Shown: positions 19,060 to 28,887, counted from the first letter of the stretch. The stretch is 64,000 nucleotides of DNA from Chthoniobacterales bacterium (GCA_041748215.1 JBGTDR010000050.1:7113-71112); one strand, 5' to 3'. The notes: generated by a model from the sequence alone, not told the origin. Made by a program: numbers and translations.

Positions 19060-19545
19060 TTAGAATCCTTGGGCGCTCGCGAGTCGCTGGAGCTCGGTCT
19101 GGAAAGCGATCACGTCCGCCTCGCTCGGCCGGTAGCCAGGCGTCGTCGGGTTGAGCCCAAGGCGACCCATCTGGTCGAGATACCACTCCGCGGATTGACC
19201 GTCGGAAAACACGGCCTGGCCGCTGATGAGTGCGCTCGGCCGGGTGATTTGGTCGATCGTTACGCGGACACTGCCAGTCCCACCGGCTGGCGGGAGAATC
19301 TCATCCACCGGCAGAGATTCCTCTTCAGAAAGCGGCGACTTGGTCACGGGCGGTTCGGGTTCCTCCAACTCCTTGAGCGCGAGCTTGAGGTCATCCACGA
19401 GGAAGCGGGTGTCCATGTAGGTGAGAGAGATCTGAAAGTCCTCGAGGAGCCGCTTTTGGACGTCGGAGATGCCGGCACCCGCCTCGATCCATGCGGCAAC
19501 GGCGGTTTTTTGTTCGTCGGTCAATGTCATGTGCAGTGGTGTCAT
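19060..19545 (-). CDS. Hypothetical protein, first gene of the tre operon
   Basis: The ATG at 19545 is preceded by AAGGAAC. The TAA stop lies 3 nt before the glgX ATG. I recognise no family. The ORF-track start at 19740 adds an implausible leader. Confidence 0.55.
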   Translation of the reverse strand: MTPLHMTLTDEQKTAVAAWIEAGAGISDVQKRLLEDFQISLTYMDTRFLVDDLKLALKELEEPEPPVTKSPLSEEESLPVDEILPPAGGTGSVRVTIDQITRPSALISGQAVFSDGQSAEWYLDQMGRLGLNPTTPGYRPSEADVIAFQTELQRLASAQGF

Positions 19546-19682
19546 CGTTTTTGGTTCCTTGGGCAGGTGTAACGGAATTCGTCCGGACTGGCCAGTTTCG
19601 GGCGGATTTTCCTGGATCGGACCGAAATTGTTTCGAAAAATTCGTTGCCATCCCGCGGGCGGAGAATTTTCATTGCGATCCG

Positions 19683-20351
19683 ATGATTCGTCACGTTCGC
19701 GGTTGGATGTGGGCTGGTTTGTCCACGTTGGCTGGCACAACGATGGCGCTCGCGGGCAGCCTGTTGAGTGATCTGAGCCCCGCCGATGCAGCCCAGGTCC
19801 GAAAGGGCGGACAGGTCATGATCACGCAGGACGTGGACGGCAAACCATGGCCGCGAGTTCAGATTTACCAGACCGTAAAGGCAAAGCCGGAGGAACTGAT
19901 GGCGGTGTTTTTCGATTACGACAATGCCGTTCGTTTCGTTCCAAATTGCACGAAATCCAAGGTCTCGCGTCTGGTCAATCCGCTCATTCACGACGTCGAC
20001 TACGAGGTCGCGGTGCCGGTATTTGCGGACGAAGTTTACACCGCTCGCAATACGCTCAGCCGGAAAGCGGGCAGATATCAGGTCGATTGGCGGGTGTTGC
20101 GCGCGACCAGCATCAAGTCGAGCGAGGGAAGTTTTGCGGTCGAAGCGCATGGAGACGGATCGATATTGCGCTACACCAATCTCGTCGAGCCGTCCTCGCA
20201 GGCGGCGGGTCTACTCCGCGGCATCGCCCTCGGCCAGATGCGCGACACGGTGACGGCCCTGACCACCCAGGTGGAAAAACAGCGATCGTCCGAAGCCAGC
20301 GAGCTGAGCGTTCGCGTGGATCGCCTCGAGCAGGCATTGACCGCGGAGTGA
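19683..20351 (+). CDS. SRPBCC/START-fold (polyketide cyclase-like) protein with signal peptide
   Basis: The ATG at 19683 gives a hydrophobic N-terminus. The body resembles SRPBCC proteins (FFDYDNAVRFVPNC..., YQVDWRVL). Assigned by similarity judged by eye only. Confidence 0.55.
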   Translation: MIRHVRGWMWAGLSTLAGTTMALAGSLLSDLSPADAAQVRKGGQVMITQDVDGKPWPRVQIYQTVKAKPEELMAVFFDYDNAVRFVPNCTKSKVSRLVNPLIHDVDYEVAVPVFADEVYTARNTLSRKAGRYQVDWRVLRATSIKSSEGSFAVEAHGDGSILRYTNLVEPSSQAAGLLRGIALGQMRDTVTALTTQVEKQRSSEASELSVRVDRLEQALTAE

Positions 20352-20391
20352 CGCCCAGGCTCGCGGCTTGCCGGTGATCCCGCCGTCGAAC

Positions 20392-22053
20392 ATGATCGCG
20401 GTCATGCCGGATAAAGCTGTGGACGTTCTCATCGTCGGAGCGGGGCCGGTGGGCCTTTCGCTCGCCATTGAATGCGCACGTCACGGAGCGCGGGCGCGTG
20501 TCGTGGAAAAGCTGGCCGAGTCATCCGGGAAATCCAAAGCGCTGGCGTTGTGGAGTTCGGCGCTGGAATCCCTCGCGGGCATGGGATGTGTGGAGGCATT
20601 TACCGACGCCGCCATTCCCGTTCAGGCGATGCGGATCCAGTCCGATGGCAAAGAACTTGCCAGCGTCGAGCCGTCCCACGGGATCGACTCGCCCTATCCG
20701 CAACCGATCCTCCTACCGCAATCGCGCACGGAGTCCTTGCTGACCGAGCATCTGATTTCTCTCGAGGGCAAGGTCGAGCGCGGCGTCGAATTGGTGAAGT
20801 TTTCGGCTGCGCCGAACGGCGTCACGAGCACGCTCAGGGATCGGGACGGCCGGGAAGAAATTGTCACGTCACGCTGGCTCGCCGGCTGCGACGGCGCGCA
20901 CAGTGCCGTTCGCCACGGGCTGGACATCGATTTTCACGGCTACCAAATTGAGGAGACGTTTGCGTTGTGCGACGCGTGCATCGAAGGCGCAGACCTCGTC
21001 CCTGGCGAAGTGGTTCTCGACTGGTCGGCAAAAGGAATTCTCGCGATCTTTCCCGTTGTCCCGGGACTGTGGCGCGTGATCGCCAACCGCCGCGGCTCGG
21101 AGTGGTCTGAAGGCGACCCGTCGATCGAGGAGATGCACGCCCACCTGGCGAATCACGGTTACAAGGATTGGAAACTCAGCGACCCGCAATGGCTGGCGGC
21201 CTTCCGGATTCACGAGCGCAAGGTCGAAAGTTTCCGGCAGGGCCCGGTAATGCTGGTCGGCGACGCCGCTCATATCCACAGCCCGGCGGGCGGCCAGGGC
21301 ATGAATACCGGGATTCAGGACGCCGCAAATCTTGGCTGGAAACTCGGCTTGCTTGCCCGCGGCCGCGGAGACGGGGAGGCATTGCTGGCGAGCTACCACG
21401 CCGAACGTTCACCCGTCGCCGACCTGGTTTTGAAGGAAGCCGCGAGTCGGACAAAAATCAGTCTGCTCAAAAATCCGCTCGCGCGGTTTGTGCGGAATAC
21501 CGCAGTTCGCGTGGCGGGCGTCACCGAGGGGTTTCAGGAAAGCATGGCCCACGATCTTTCGGGCCTGGGAATCACTTACGGCGAAAGCCCGATCCTCGAC
21601 ACCGACGGCTCGTGGCACGAAGACTGGCGGTCCCACGGATTTCCTCCGGGCACCCGGTTTCGCGACGTGAAGGTTTATTCCGAGACCGAAGGCCGCACGC
21701 TTTCGTTGTTCGCGCTCCTCTCCGGAGGGCCGCACTCGCTGCTTCTATTTTCCGGACCGAAGGCGCGGCGCGAGGACCGCGATGCCCTCGACGAATACGA
21801 AGCCCTGGCAATCAAACTCGCGGGCGACTCGGTCCGGTGCGTGCGAATCTGGCGGGGCGGCGAAAGCCCGTCGGACGGCGATTGGTTGCTCGACAGCGAC
21901 GGATCCGCTCACCTCGCGTTCGCCATGGAATGGTGCGGTGCCACGATGGTGCGCCCGGACGGCTACGTGGCCTTCCGCTGCGCCCCACTCGACCCCGAAC
22001 TGCTCACCGGCTACGCCGCCCTCACCCTGGCGAAACCGGGAATGATTGCGTAG
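20392..22053 (+). CDS. FAD-dependent aromatic-ring monooxygenase (PheA/TfdB-like)
   Basis: Carries the DVLIVGAGPVGLSLA dinucleotide fold, GDAAHIHSPAGGQGMNTGIQDA, and a C-terminal thioredoxin-like extension. The start is ambiguous among 20368 (TTG), 20392 and 20404. Confidence 0.85.
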   Translation: MIAVMPDKAVDVLIVGAGPVGLSLAIECARHGARARVVEKLAESSGKSKALALWSSALESLAGMGCVEAFTDAAIPVQAMRIQSDGKELASVEPSHGIDSPYPQPILLPQSRTESLLTEHLISLEGKVERGVELVKFSAAPNGVTSTLRDRDGREEIVTSRWLAGCDGAHSAVRHGLDIDFHGYQIEETFALCDACIEGADLVPGEVVLDWSAKGILAIFPVVPGLWRVIANRRGSEWSEGDPSIEEMHAHLANHGYKDWKLSDPQWLAAFRIHERKVESFRQGPVMLVGDAAHIHSPAGGQGMNTGIQDAANLGWKLGLLARGRGDGEALLASYHAERSPVADLVLKEAASRTKISLLKNPLARFVRNTAVRVAGVTEGFQESMAHDLSGLGITYGESPILDTDGSWHEDWRSHGFPPGTRFRDVKVYSETEGRTLSLFALLSGGPHSLLLFSGPKARREDRDALDEYEALAIKLAGDSVRCVRIWRGGESPSDGDWLLDSDGSAHLAFAMEWCGATMVRPDGYVAFRCAPLDPELLTGYAALTLAKPGMIA

Positions 22054-22077
22054 GCACCTCACCAAAAACACCATCCG

Positions 22078-22662
22078 ATGATCGATCCCATCCTGACGAG
22101 ATCGATGATTCTTACGGTTGTTGTCCTCGCCAGTTTCGTGGGCTCCGCACTTGCGGCCGAGGACCACGCCGATCCCGCTCCCGTCGCTGAATTTTTTGGC
22201 GAGACTTACACGTTCGTGCAGGCAGACGCGACCGCCCGCATCGACGAGTTGTTGTCGAGGCTCACGTCGCAAGTTGTCCCGCCTTCGGGTGAAAAATCGG
22301 AGCGATCCGTGATTCCAAAACTTCCTGATGCGGCTTCATTGGATGTCGTGGAATTGGGATGGGTCGTCGTCGCGATGGGGCGGTTTGCCGACGGCAACGA
22401 TGACGTGCGCGACCTCCTTTATCGCGTCAAACGTGAGGCCGGCTTTGCGGGCATTCCTTATTGGGTGTGTACCGAGAAACAACGGCTGCTACTCTTGCTG
22501 GCGGCATCTCGCGGGCCACAGGCGGGGCGGAATGATCCGATGCAATCGCTCGGACGGTTCAGCCGGTCGATGTTTCAGCTCGTCGAGGCGGCGCAGCGGG
22601 AAATCACGGAGCGAACCGGCTATAAATTCACCGACTACACCGGCCCCGTTTACAGCAATTAG
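22078..22662 (+). CDS. Secreted hypothetical protein
   Basis: ATG start and signal peptide (MILTVVVLASFVGSALAAED). No recognised motif. Confidence 0.55.
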   Translation: MIDPILTRSMILTVVVLASFVGSALAAEDHADPAPVAEFFGETYTFVQADATARIDELLSRLTSQVVPPSGEKSERSVIPKLPDAASLDVVELGWVVVAMGRFADGNDDVRDLLYRVKREAGFAGIPYWVCTEKQRLLLLLAASRGPQAGRNDPMQSLGRFSRSMFQLVEAAQREITERTGYKFTDYTGPVYSN

Positions 22663-22711
22663 AAAACGGGATCCGGTGGCGATTCGAGTTCTTGCTCGAG
22701 ATCTCCGCGCG

Positions 22712-24436
22712 TCAGGACGGCAGGGGGAATTGGGCGGTGAAGGCGGTGACCTTTCGACGCAGGGTGGCGAGTTCCCCCTCGTCGTTACGGGCTTCGAGGG
22801 CGGCGTGGATGAGGTCAGCGATTTCCATCATTTCCTCCTCTTTCATGCCGCGAGTTGTCATCGCCGGCGTCCCGATGCGGATGCCGCCCGTTTTTGAGAT
22901 TGGCTCGGTGTCGAAGGGAATCGCGTTTTTATTGACCGTGATGGCGGCTTTATCGAGCACGATTGACGCTTCGGCTCCGTTGAGGCCGCGGGGCCGCAGG
23001 TCGACCAGCATGACGTGATTGTCGGTGCCGCCGGAGGTGATCGGGTAGCCGAGCATATTCAGCCGGGCAGCGAGCGCCTTGGCATTGGAAACGATCTGGC
23101 GTGCGTAGTCCTTGAACGCAGGCTGCAGCGCCTCGTGCAGGCAGATCGCCTTCGCCGCGATCACGTGCATCAGCGGACCGCCCTGAATTCCCGGGAACAC
23201 GAGCGAGTCGATCTTTTTGGCGAACTGCTCTTTGCAAAGAATCAGCCCGGCTCGTGGACCGCGCAGGCTTTTGTGCGTCGTCGTGGTGACAAAATCCGCG
23301 TAAGGGACCGGTGTTGGATGTGCGCCACCGGCGACGAGCCCTGCGATGTGCGCCATGTCCACAAAGAGGTAGGCACCTACGGAGTCAGCGATTTCGCGCA
23401 TGCGGGGGAAATCGATGATACGCGGATACGCGGACGCTCCGGCGGTGATCATTTTCGGTTTCGTTTCCTCAGCCGTTTTCGCGAGGGCTTCGTAATCGAT
23501 CATTCCCGTCTCCGCACTCACGCCGTAGTGGGTGACCTCGTAAAGTTTGCCGGAAAAATTTGCCTTGTGGCCGTGGGTGAGGTGACCGCCGTGGGCAAGG
23601 TCCATCGTGAGGATCCGATCGCCGGGTGAGAGCACGCTGAAATACACGGCGGTATTTGCTTGGGAGCCGCTGTGGGGCTGGACGTTGGCGTGATCAGCTT
23701 CAAAAAGCCGTTTCGCGCGATCAATCGCGAGAGCCTCGACGACGTCGACGTGTTCACACCCACCGTACCAGCGGCGGCCGGGGTAACCCTCGGCGTATTT
23801 GTTCGTCAGGCACGATCCCTGGGCCTCCATCACCGCGCGGCTCGTGTAATTTTCCGAGGCGATCAACTCGATGTGTTCGGTTTGCCGCTGACCTTCGGCG
23901 CGAATCGCCTCGGCGACTTCAGGATCGATGGATTCGATGTGGGTGATGGCGTCGGTGGACGGGCGGATCGTGGTGGAAGTCATGGCGGGTGATTGGTCGA
24001 TAAATTTGAGGATGGATGGCAGCGCGCGTTTGATCGTGTCTTTGCAGCGCGCGTAAACTTCGGGGCCCTGGCCAATGGGGTCGGGCACATCGAGGCCGTT
24101 GCGTTCGAATTCGCGCAAGAGATGAATCTTGCCGGCGGAATTGGGAAACAACATCTCCAACTGGCGGCGGTGATCGCGCGTCATGGCGAAGATGAACGAC
24201 GCCTGGTCGATGAGATCTTCGGTGACGGGTTGGCTGCGCTGCCGAGAAATGTCCACGCCCTCCTCGCTGGCCAGCACGCGAACAGCGTCGCGGCTCGGAG
24301 CCTGACCGCGCCCGGCACTCACGCCAGCGGAAAGCACTTCAACGTTGCCCCGGTCACGAACCAACTGGCGGAAAAGCCCCTCCGCCATCGGGCTGCGGCA
24401 GATGTTGCCAGTGCAAATGAAGAGGACGCGCGTCAT
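22712..24436 (-). CDS. glyA: Fusion protein: low-molecular-weight protein phosphatase domain + serine hydroxymethyltransferase
   Basis: The N-terminal ~150 aa carry the CTGNICRS P-loop (24392-24415) and the DVPDP acid loop. The C-terminal ~420 aa form a full SHMT ([35 protein letters not shown]). It is one uninterrupted frame. The ATG at 24436 gives [11 protein letters not shown]. Confidence 0.88.
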   Translation of the reverse strand: MTRVLFICTGNICRSPMAEGLFRQLVRDRGNVEVLSAGVSAGRGQAPSRDAVRVLASEEGVDISRQRSQPVTEDLIDQASFIFAMTRDHRRQLEMLFPNSAGKIHLLREFERNGLDVPDPIGQGPEVYARCKDTIKRALPSILKFIDQSPAMTSTTIRPSTDAITHIESIDPEVAEAIRAEGQRQTEHIELIASENYTSRAVMEAQGSCLTNKYAEGYPGRRWYGGCEHVDVVEALAIDRAKRLFEADHANVQPHSGSQANTAVYFSVLSPGDRILTMDLAHGGHLTHGHKANFSGKLYEVTHYGVSAETGMIDYEALAKTAEETKPKMITAGASAYPRIIDFPRMREIADSVGAYLFVDMAHIAGLVAGGAHPTPVPYADFVTTTTHKSLRGPRAGLILCKEQFAKKIDSLVFPGIQGGPLMHVIAAKAICLHEALQPAFKDYARQIVSNAKALAARLNMLGYPITSGGTDNHVMLVDLRPRGLNGAEASIVLDKAAITVNKNAIPFDTEPISKTGGIRIGTPAMTTRGMKEEEMMEIADLIHAALEARNDEGELATLRRKVTAFTAQFPLPS

Positions 24437-24532
24437 GGAAAATGGAATCCGGCGGGCCGCCGAGACTGAGAAAATAGAAGCTCGCGGGATCAAGTCAATG
24501 ACTGGCCGAACCGCGCCCGGCGGGGTCTGCGA

Positions 24533-26005
24533 TTACGGACGCACGATGGTCACTCGAGCGGGGCGTGAGCGATTTCCGGCTTGATCCACGGCGGTGAGGG
24601 TCACCTTGGCCCGCGGTTTCTCAGCCGGGATCGTCACGATGGCCCGCCACGCGGTGGTGCCACGAATTTTTTTGATTTTGGCACCCGAACTGGCTTTGCC
24701 TTCGATGCGTAGAATGCCCTCGGCGTCACTGGCGGTTCCGCGCAGGACAATTTTCGCCCGGCTGCTCTTGATCTTTTTGCGGCCTTTGATTTTTAACACG
24801 GGCGGCGTCGTATCCGGGTTTGCGGGGCTGAAACGCAGCACGCGATTATTGCCGCGGTCCGTGACCCACAGATCACCGTTGGGTTCGACGAACAAGAATG
24901 CCGTGCCACCGAGGCTCAATCGATCCGCACCAAGGCCGCCAACGCTGGAATTAAAACTAGCCTGACCCACAACGATGTCCGCGGAAGCGCCGTTGATTTT
25001 TGCCGCCACGTTCCGGTAACCGAGCACCCGGTTGTTGCTGGAATCAAAAACCCAGAGCGTGCCGGAGGCATCGACCTGCGCCGAGCGCGGCCCCGATAAG
25101 GTTGTCGCCGACGTGCCCGCGCCGTTGGTGGTGAACGCTGCCTGGCCAAAAACACGGTCGGCGGGTGCGCCGTTCGGAAGTCCCGCCGCGTTGCTGTAGC
25201 CCAACACGCGATTATTGGCCTGGTCCGTGATCCAGAGTGTGCCGGCGGCGTCCACGCTGGATCCGTAGGGATTATCAAGACCGGTGGCGGAAAGGGCCGG
25301 AGCGGTCCCGTTAAAATCGGGCTGACCGAGAACGGCATTCGCGGGAGCACCGTTCGCCAGATTGGCGGCGTTGTCGAAGCGCAGCACGCGGTGGTTGTTA
25401 TTGCCAGGCACCCAAAGCCGACCGGCTGCGTCGATCCAGACGCCTTCGGGAAAATCCATCTGGAAGGTCGGATCGGTGATGCTGGAGTTCGTCGTAAAGT
25501 TCGTCTGCCCAAGGACCAGGTCGGCAAGCGGATCGCCCGTGAGATTTGACGCGCCGCGAAACATCAACACCCGGTTGTTGCCCCCGTCGGCGATCCAAAG
25601 ATTGCCTGCCGTGTCCACAAAAATGCCGCGGGGTTGATTGATCGTATTGCGGTTCACCGCTCCGCCGCGATTGATAGCACCCGAGGTAAAATTGGCCTGC
25701 CCGATGACGAGGTCCGCCGCGGCTCCGTTGAGCAGGCTGCTCGCCGAACCATAACGAAGGATGCGGTTGTTGCCGTTGTCCGCGACAAACACCTTGCCGG
25801 TGGTGGGATCCACCGCCACGGACACCGGAGCCGCCAGCGTGCTGGCGTTGCGACCCGCCGCGTTTGAAAGAAAATTCGGCTGGCCGATCACGAGGTTTGC
25901 GCTGGCCCCGGTCGGAATTTCCGCCGATGCACCGCCAATTCCGAAAACCACGACCGAAACCAGGATCCCAATCAACAGAAGACGCGTCCGTTCGATGCAA
26001 TGCAT
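24533..26005 (-). CDS. Secreted NHL-repeat beta-propeller protein with C-terminal Ig-like module
   Basis: Signal peptide, then repeated ...D..NNRVLR(F/Y)... units (at least 7 copies). Confidence 0.8.
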   Translation of the reverse strand: MHCIERTRLLLIGILVSVVVFGIGGASAEIPTGASANLVIGQPNFLSNAAGRNASTLAAPVSVAVDPTTGKVFVADNGNNRILRYGSASSLLNGAAADLVIGQANFTSGAINRGGAVNRNTINQPRGIFVDTAGNLWIADGGNNRVLMFRGASNLTGDPLADLVLGQTNFTTNSSITDPTFQMDFPEGVWIDAAGRLWVPGNNNHRVLRFDNAANLANGAPANAVLGQPDFNGTAPALSATGLDNPYGSSVDAAGTLWITDQANNRVLGYSNAAGLPNGAPADRVFGQAAFTTNGAGTSATTLSGPRSAQVDASGTLWVFDSSNNRVLGYRNVAAKINGASADIVVGQASFNSSVGGLGADRLSLGGTAFLFVEPNGDLWVTDRGNNRVLRFSPANPDTTPPVLKIKGRKKIKSSRAKIVLRGTASDAEGILRIEGKASSGAKIKKIRGTTAWRAIVTIPAEKPRAKVTLTAVDQAGNRSRPARVTIVRP

Positions 26006-26248
26006 TCGCAGGAATTATCCGGCGACGTCACGCCCGTCAATTACGCGGGATTTTTTGCGAGGCAGTCGCTTTCGTAGGGTCAGGCATAATGTAATGCCCT
26101 TTCAACAGGATGAAGCTACACTGGATGGCTTGATCCCTCCGCTAACGACTTTCTCCGCGACCGCAGCGGATCCCGCGCCTTGAGCCACCCGCCAGGTCCG
26201 AAAAACCCGGCATCGCCGTCTTTTCCTGGTGATAAAGACCAAAAAATA

Positions 26249-27442
26249 ATGGCCAGTTCAAACGACCCAAAGATGCGCCTTGCGCCCTTCATTCTCGCGA
26301 ACGTGAACGTCATTCTCGCCGAATGGGTGAAGTTTGCGGGCAGTCTCGAATCCGGGGCAAACAAGTCCGATCTCGCCCTGCGCGACCACGCCGAGATGAT
26401 CCTTCGGGCAACCGCGAAGGATATGCAGGTCGACCAGAGCTCGGCGCAGCAGACAAGCAAGTCGAAAGGCCACGGCGGCGCTGACACCACGGAGAGTGAT
26501 CAACTCGACAATGCTTCGGCTCTCCATGGCGGGGAACGCGTCGGGTTGGGATTTGACATCATGGAAGTCGTCTCCGAATACCGCGCTCTGCGAAGCAGCG
26601 TGCTGCGCCTTTGGGGTAACACGATATCGGAACCGGATGCCGACGACCTCGAAGATATCTCGCGGTTCAACGAATCGATGGATCAATCGCTGGCTACGGC
26701 CGTCGATACCTACAGCAGGCGCATCGACCAATCCCGCCTCATGTTCCTGGCAATCCTGAGCCACGACATGCGCAATCCTTTGAACTCCATCGGAATTTCC
26801 GCGGCTCTCCTCTCCATGAAGATGCCGGACCCGGTGTCCGTCCAGGCGTTGACGGGGATCACGAGGAATACGCAGGAGATCACCAGGTTGATTACGGATC
26901 TGATCGACTTCGCGTCGACGCGGCTCGGTGGCACGATGCCGCTGACGCTCGAGCCGGTTGATCTGCAGGAAATCTGCCGCGAAGTTTTAGAGGGATTCCG
27001 CATCGCGCACCCGCAGCGGGAAATTCTTTTTCGCCCCAACGGCGACCTGACGGGCGAATGGGATGCGGTCCGGCTCCGCCAGGCCATTTCCAACTTGATG
27101 GGCAACGCATTTCAGCACGGAACGGCCGAAGGATCGGTCGAACTCGCGGCCGCTTCAGAAGGTTCAAACGTTGCCTTCAGCGTAAAAAACGAAGGGCATC
27201 AGATTCCGGCGGACAAGATTATGACGATCTTTGATCCGCTGATGCGCTACGCAAGGCTGGGAGAGAACGATCCGCAGGTCACGGGAAGCATCGGGCTGGG
27301 CCTTTACATTGTGCGGGAAATCGTCGCCGCTCACGGAGGCACCGTGGAGGTCGTTTCGACCGCGAGTGAAGGAACGACGTTCACAATTCGCCTGCCTCGC
27401 AAGCATTATGGAGACGTGAAACCGGGAAACTCGAAGATTTGA
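26249..27442 (+). CDS. Sensor histidine kinase (soluble, orphan)
   Basis: H-box is FLAILSHDMRNPLNSI, N-box is NLMGNAFQH and G-box is GLGLYIVREIV. The ATG at 26249 is preferred over the TTG at 26180. Confidence 0.85.
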   Translation: MASSNDPKMRLAPFILANVNVILAEWVKFAGSLESGANKSDLALRDHAEMILRATAKDMQVDQSSAQQTSKSKGHGGADTTESDQLDNASALHGGERVGLGFDIMEVVSEYRALRSSVLRLWGNTISEPDADDLEDISRFNESMDQSLATAVDTYSRRIDQSRLMFLAILSHDMRNPLNSIGISAALLSMKMPDPVSVQALTGITRNTQEITRLITDLIDFASTRLGGTMPLTLEPVDLQEICREVLEGFRIAHPQREILFRPNGDLTGEWDAVRLRQAISNLMGNAFQHGTAEGSVELAAASEGSNVAFSVKNEGHQIPADKIMTIFDPLMRYARLGENDPQVTGSIGLGLYIVREIVAAHGGTVEVVSTASEGTTFTIRLPRKHYGDVKPGNSKI

Positions 27443-27586
27443 CGACAAACGCGGAACATCGATCGTCCGCGTCGGAGAGCCCGTAATTTCCGGTTCAAAG
27501 AATCGGGAGAGTGAACTCCCAAACGGCGGCGCGAAGGCAGTGACAACGGGATTTTCTTCCGGATCCAACGATGTTTTCTTTGCGCG

Positions 27587-28051
27587 ATGTCATTGCACAC
27601 GGCGGTTGTTTATTGGAGTCGGCCTACGGAGGAATTCTTCGCTGGGCGGTATTCGCGGGAGCACGTGTGGCGATTTGACGGGGGTGTCGAGGTGGCGGCT
27701 TCGCCTTCGCCGGACGTCGTCCCCGCACCGTGGTCAAACGCCGCGAACGTCGATCCGGAAGAGGCCTTTGTCGCCAGCCTGTCCAGTTGTCATATGCTCA
27801 CGTTCCTCTGGCTGGCCTCGAAAGCGGGGTTCGCCATCCGAAGTTACGAGGATACTGCCGAGGGCGTGATGGCGAAAAATTCTGACGGCCACAAGTGGGT
27901 GAGCACAGTGACCTTGCGCCCGAAGATCGAGTGGCACGGAGAACGCGTGCCGTCGGCGGCGGATATCGACGGACTGCACGCGGCGGCGCACGCAGAATGT
28001 TTTATCGCCAACTCGGTGCGAACCGAGATCCGGGTGGAGGGGCGTCCATGA
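27587..28051 (+). CDS. OsmC/Ohr-family protein
   Basis: About 150 aa, with the SLSSCHMLTF and AHAECFIANS Cys motifs spaced as in OsmC-like peroxiredoxins. Confidence 0.65.
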   Translation: MSLHTAVVYWSRPTEEFFAGRYSREHVWRFDGGVEVAASPSPDVVPAPWSNAANVDPEEAFVASLSSCHMLTFLWLASKAGFAIRSYEDTAEGVMAKNSDGHKWVSTVTLRPKIEWHGERVPSAADIDGLHAAAHAECFIANSVRTEIRVEGRP

Positions 28052-28887
28052 GCGCGACGGACGTTATTTTGCACGTGGTCGACGCATTTTCCGATCAACC
28101 GTTTGCGGGGAATCCGGCGGCGATATGCCTGCTGCCGAAGCCGGCGGCCGAGGGCTGGATGGGACGCATCGCGCGCGAGATGAATCTTTCGGAGACGGCG
28201 TTTCTGCATCCGGTGGTCGATGGGTTTGCGTTGCGATGGTTCACCCCCACGACGGAAGTGCGGCTGTGTGGCCATGCGACTCTTGCGGCGGCCCACGTGT
28301 TGTGGGAAATCGGGACGCTGCGCGCGGACGACGAGGCGCGTTTCGACACGTTAAGCGGTTGGTTGATTTGCCGGAAGGACGGGAAGTGGATCGAGATGGA
28401 TTTTCCCGCGCTGTCCGTGGACGAAGTGGAGGTGCCTGAGGGATTGGCCAAAGCCCTGGGCGTGACGCCGGTGCGGGTGGCAAAATCAATTTTTGACATG
28501 CTCGTCGAAGTCCCAACCGCGATCGAGGTGCGGTTCGCACAACCGGATTTTGCCCGTCTCACGACAATTGATGCGCGAGGAGTGATCATCACTGCACCCG
28601 GCGAATCGGGATCGGGTTACGACTTCGTGTCGCGCTTTTTCGCTCCGCGTGCGGGCATAAACGAAGATCCGGTGACGGGCTCAGCCCATTGCGCGCTGGG
28701 GCCGTATTGGCGCGAGCGGCTTGGACGTAACGAATTTACTGCATTTCAGGAAAGCGCTCGCGGAGGTGTTGTGCGGGTGGCGGTGCGCGGTAACCGGATC
28801 CGTCTGGGGGGACGAGCGGTCACGATGAGTCGGGTCGAATTGACGGAGGCAGCGTGCGCCGACTGGGCGCAGCGGAACGAAGCGTAA
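28048..28887 (+). CDS. PhzF-family isomerase-like protein
   Basis: The ATG overlaps the upstream stop (ATGA). Carries HVVDAFSDQPFAGNPAAICLL, a central ETAF motif, and a C-terminal GSAHCALGPYW. Confidence 0.85.
   Translation: MSATDVILHVVDAFSDQPFAGNPAAICLLPKPAAEGWMGRIAREMNLSETAFLHPVVDGFALRWFTPTTEVRLCGHATLAAAHVLWEIGTLRADDEARFDTLSGWLICRKDGKWIEMDFPALSVDEVEVPEGLAKALGVTPVRVAKSIFDMLVEVPTAIEVRFAQPDFARLTTIDARGVIITAPGESGSGYDFVSRFFAPRAGINEDPVTGSAHCALGPYWRERLGRNEFTAFQESARGGVVRVAVRGNRIRLGGRAVTMSRVELTEAACADWAQRNEA

Noticed and set aside
16846-19572. Long antisense ORFs appear opposite recognised enzymes. Examples are 16846..18429 and 18475..19572 opposite glgX. Others include 52621..53958 opposite xylA, 54567..55922 opposite nadA, 61790..63358 opposite the kinase, 43310..44347 opposite lpxK and 29636..30412.
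   Set aside because: Their translations are Arg/Gly/Ala/Val-rich with no motifs, while the opposite strand carries unmistakable enzyme signatures. This is the typical stop-codon-poor shadow-ORF artefact of high-GC DNA.
24495-24535. The plus-strand string AATGACTGGCCGAACCGCGCCCGGCGG resembles the UGACUGGCGAAC...CCGGG core of the ZTP (pfl) riboswitch, which often precedes glyA.
   Set aside because: It is on the wrong strand relative to the glyA fusion, which is on the minus strand. It has an extra nucleotide in the conserved core and lacks a recognisable 3' CCGCCUGGGCA sub-domain. It is most likely a chance match; a cmsearch with the Rfam ZTP model would settle it.
24533-26005. A periodic repeat pattern raised the possibility of a DNA tandem repeat or CRISPR-like array.
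   Set aside because: The periodicity is at the protein level (NHL repeats of ~45-50 aa with divergent DNA). There are no identical direct repeats with unique spacers, and I saw no CRISPR-like array anywhere in the window.
27443-27586. Short hairpins lie downstream of the histidine kinase (ACGCGGA-N10-TCCGCGT; GGGAG-N6-CTCCC). A similar one at 12437..12452 (GACGAG-GCGT-CTCGTC) was also considered as a terminator.
   Set aside because: The stems are short and are not followed by T-runs. That is not enough to call intrinsic terminators.
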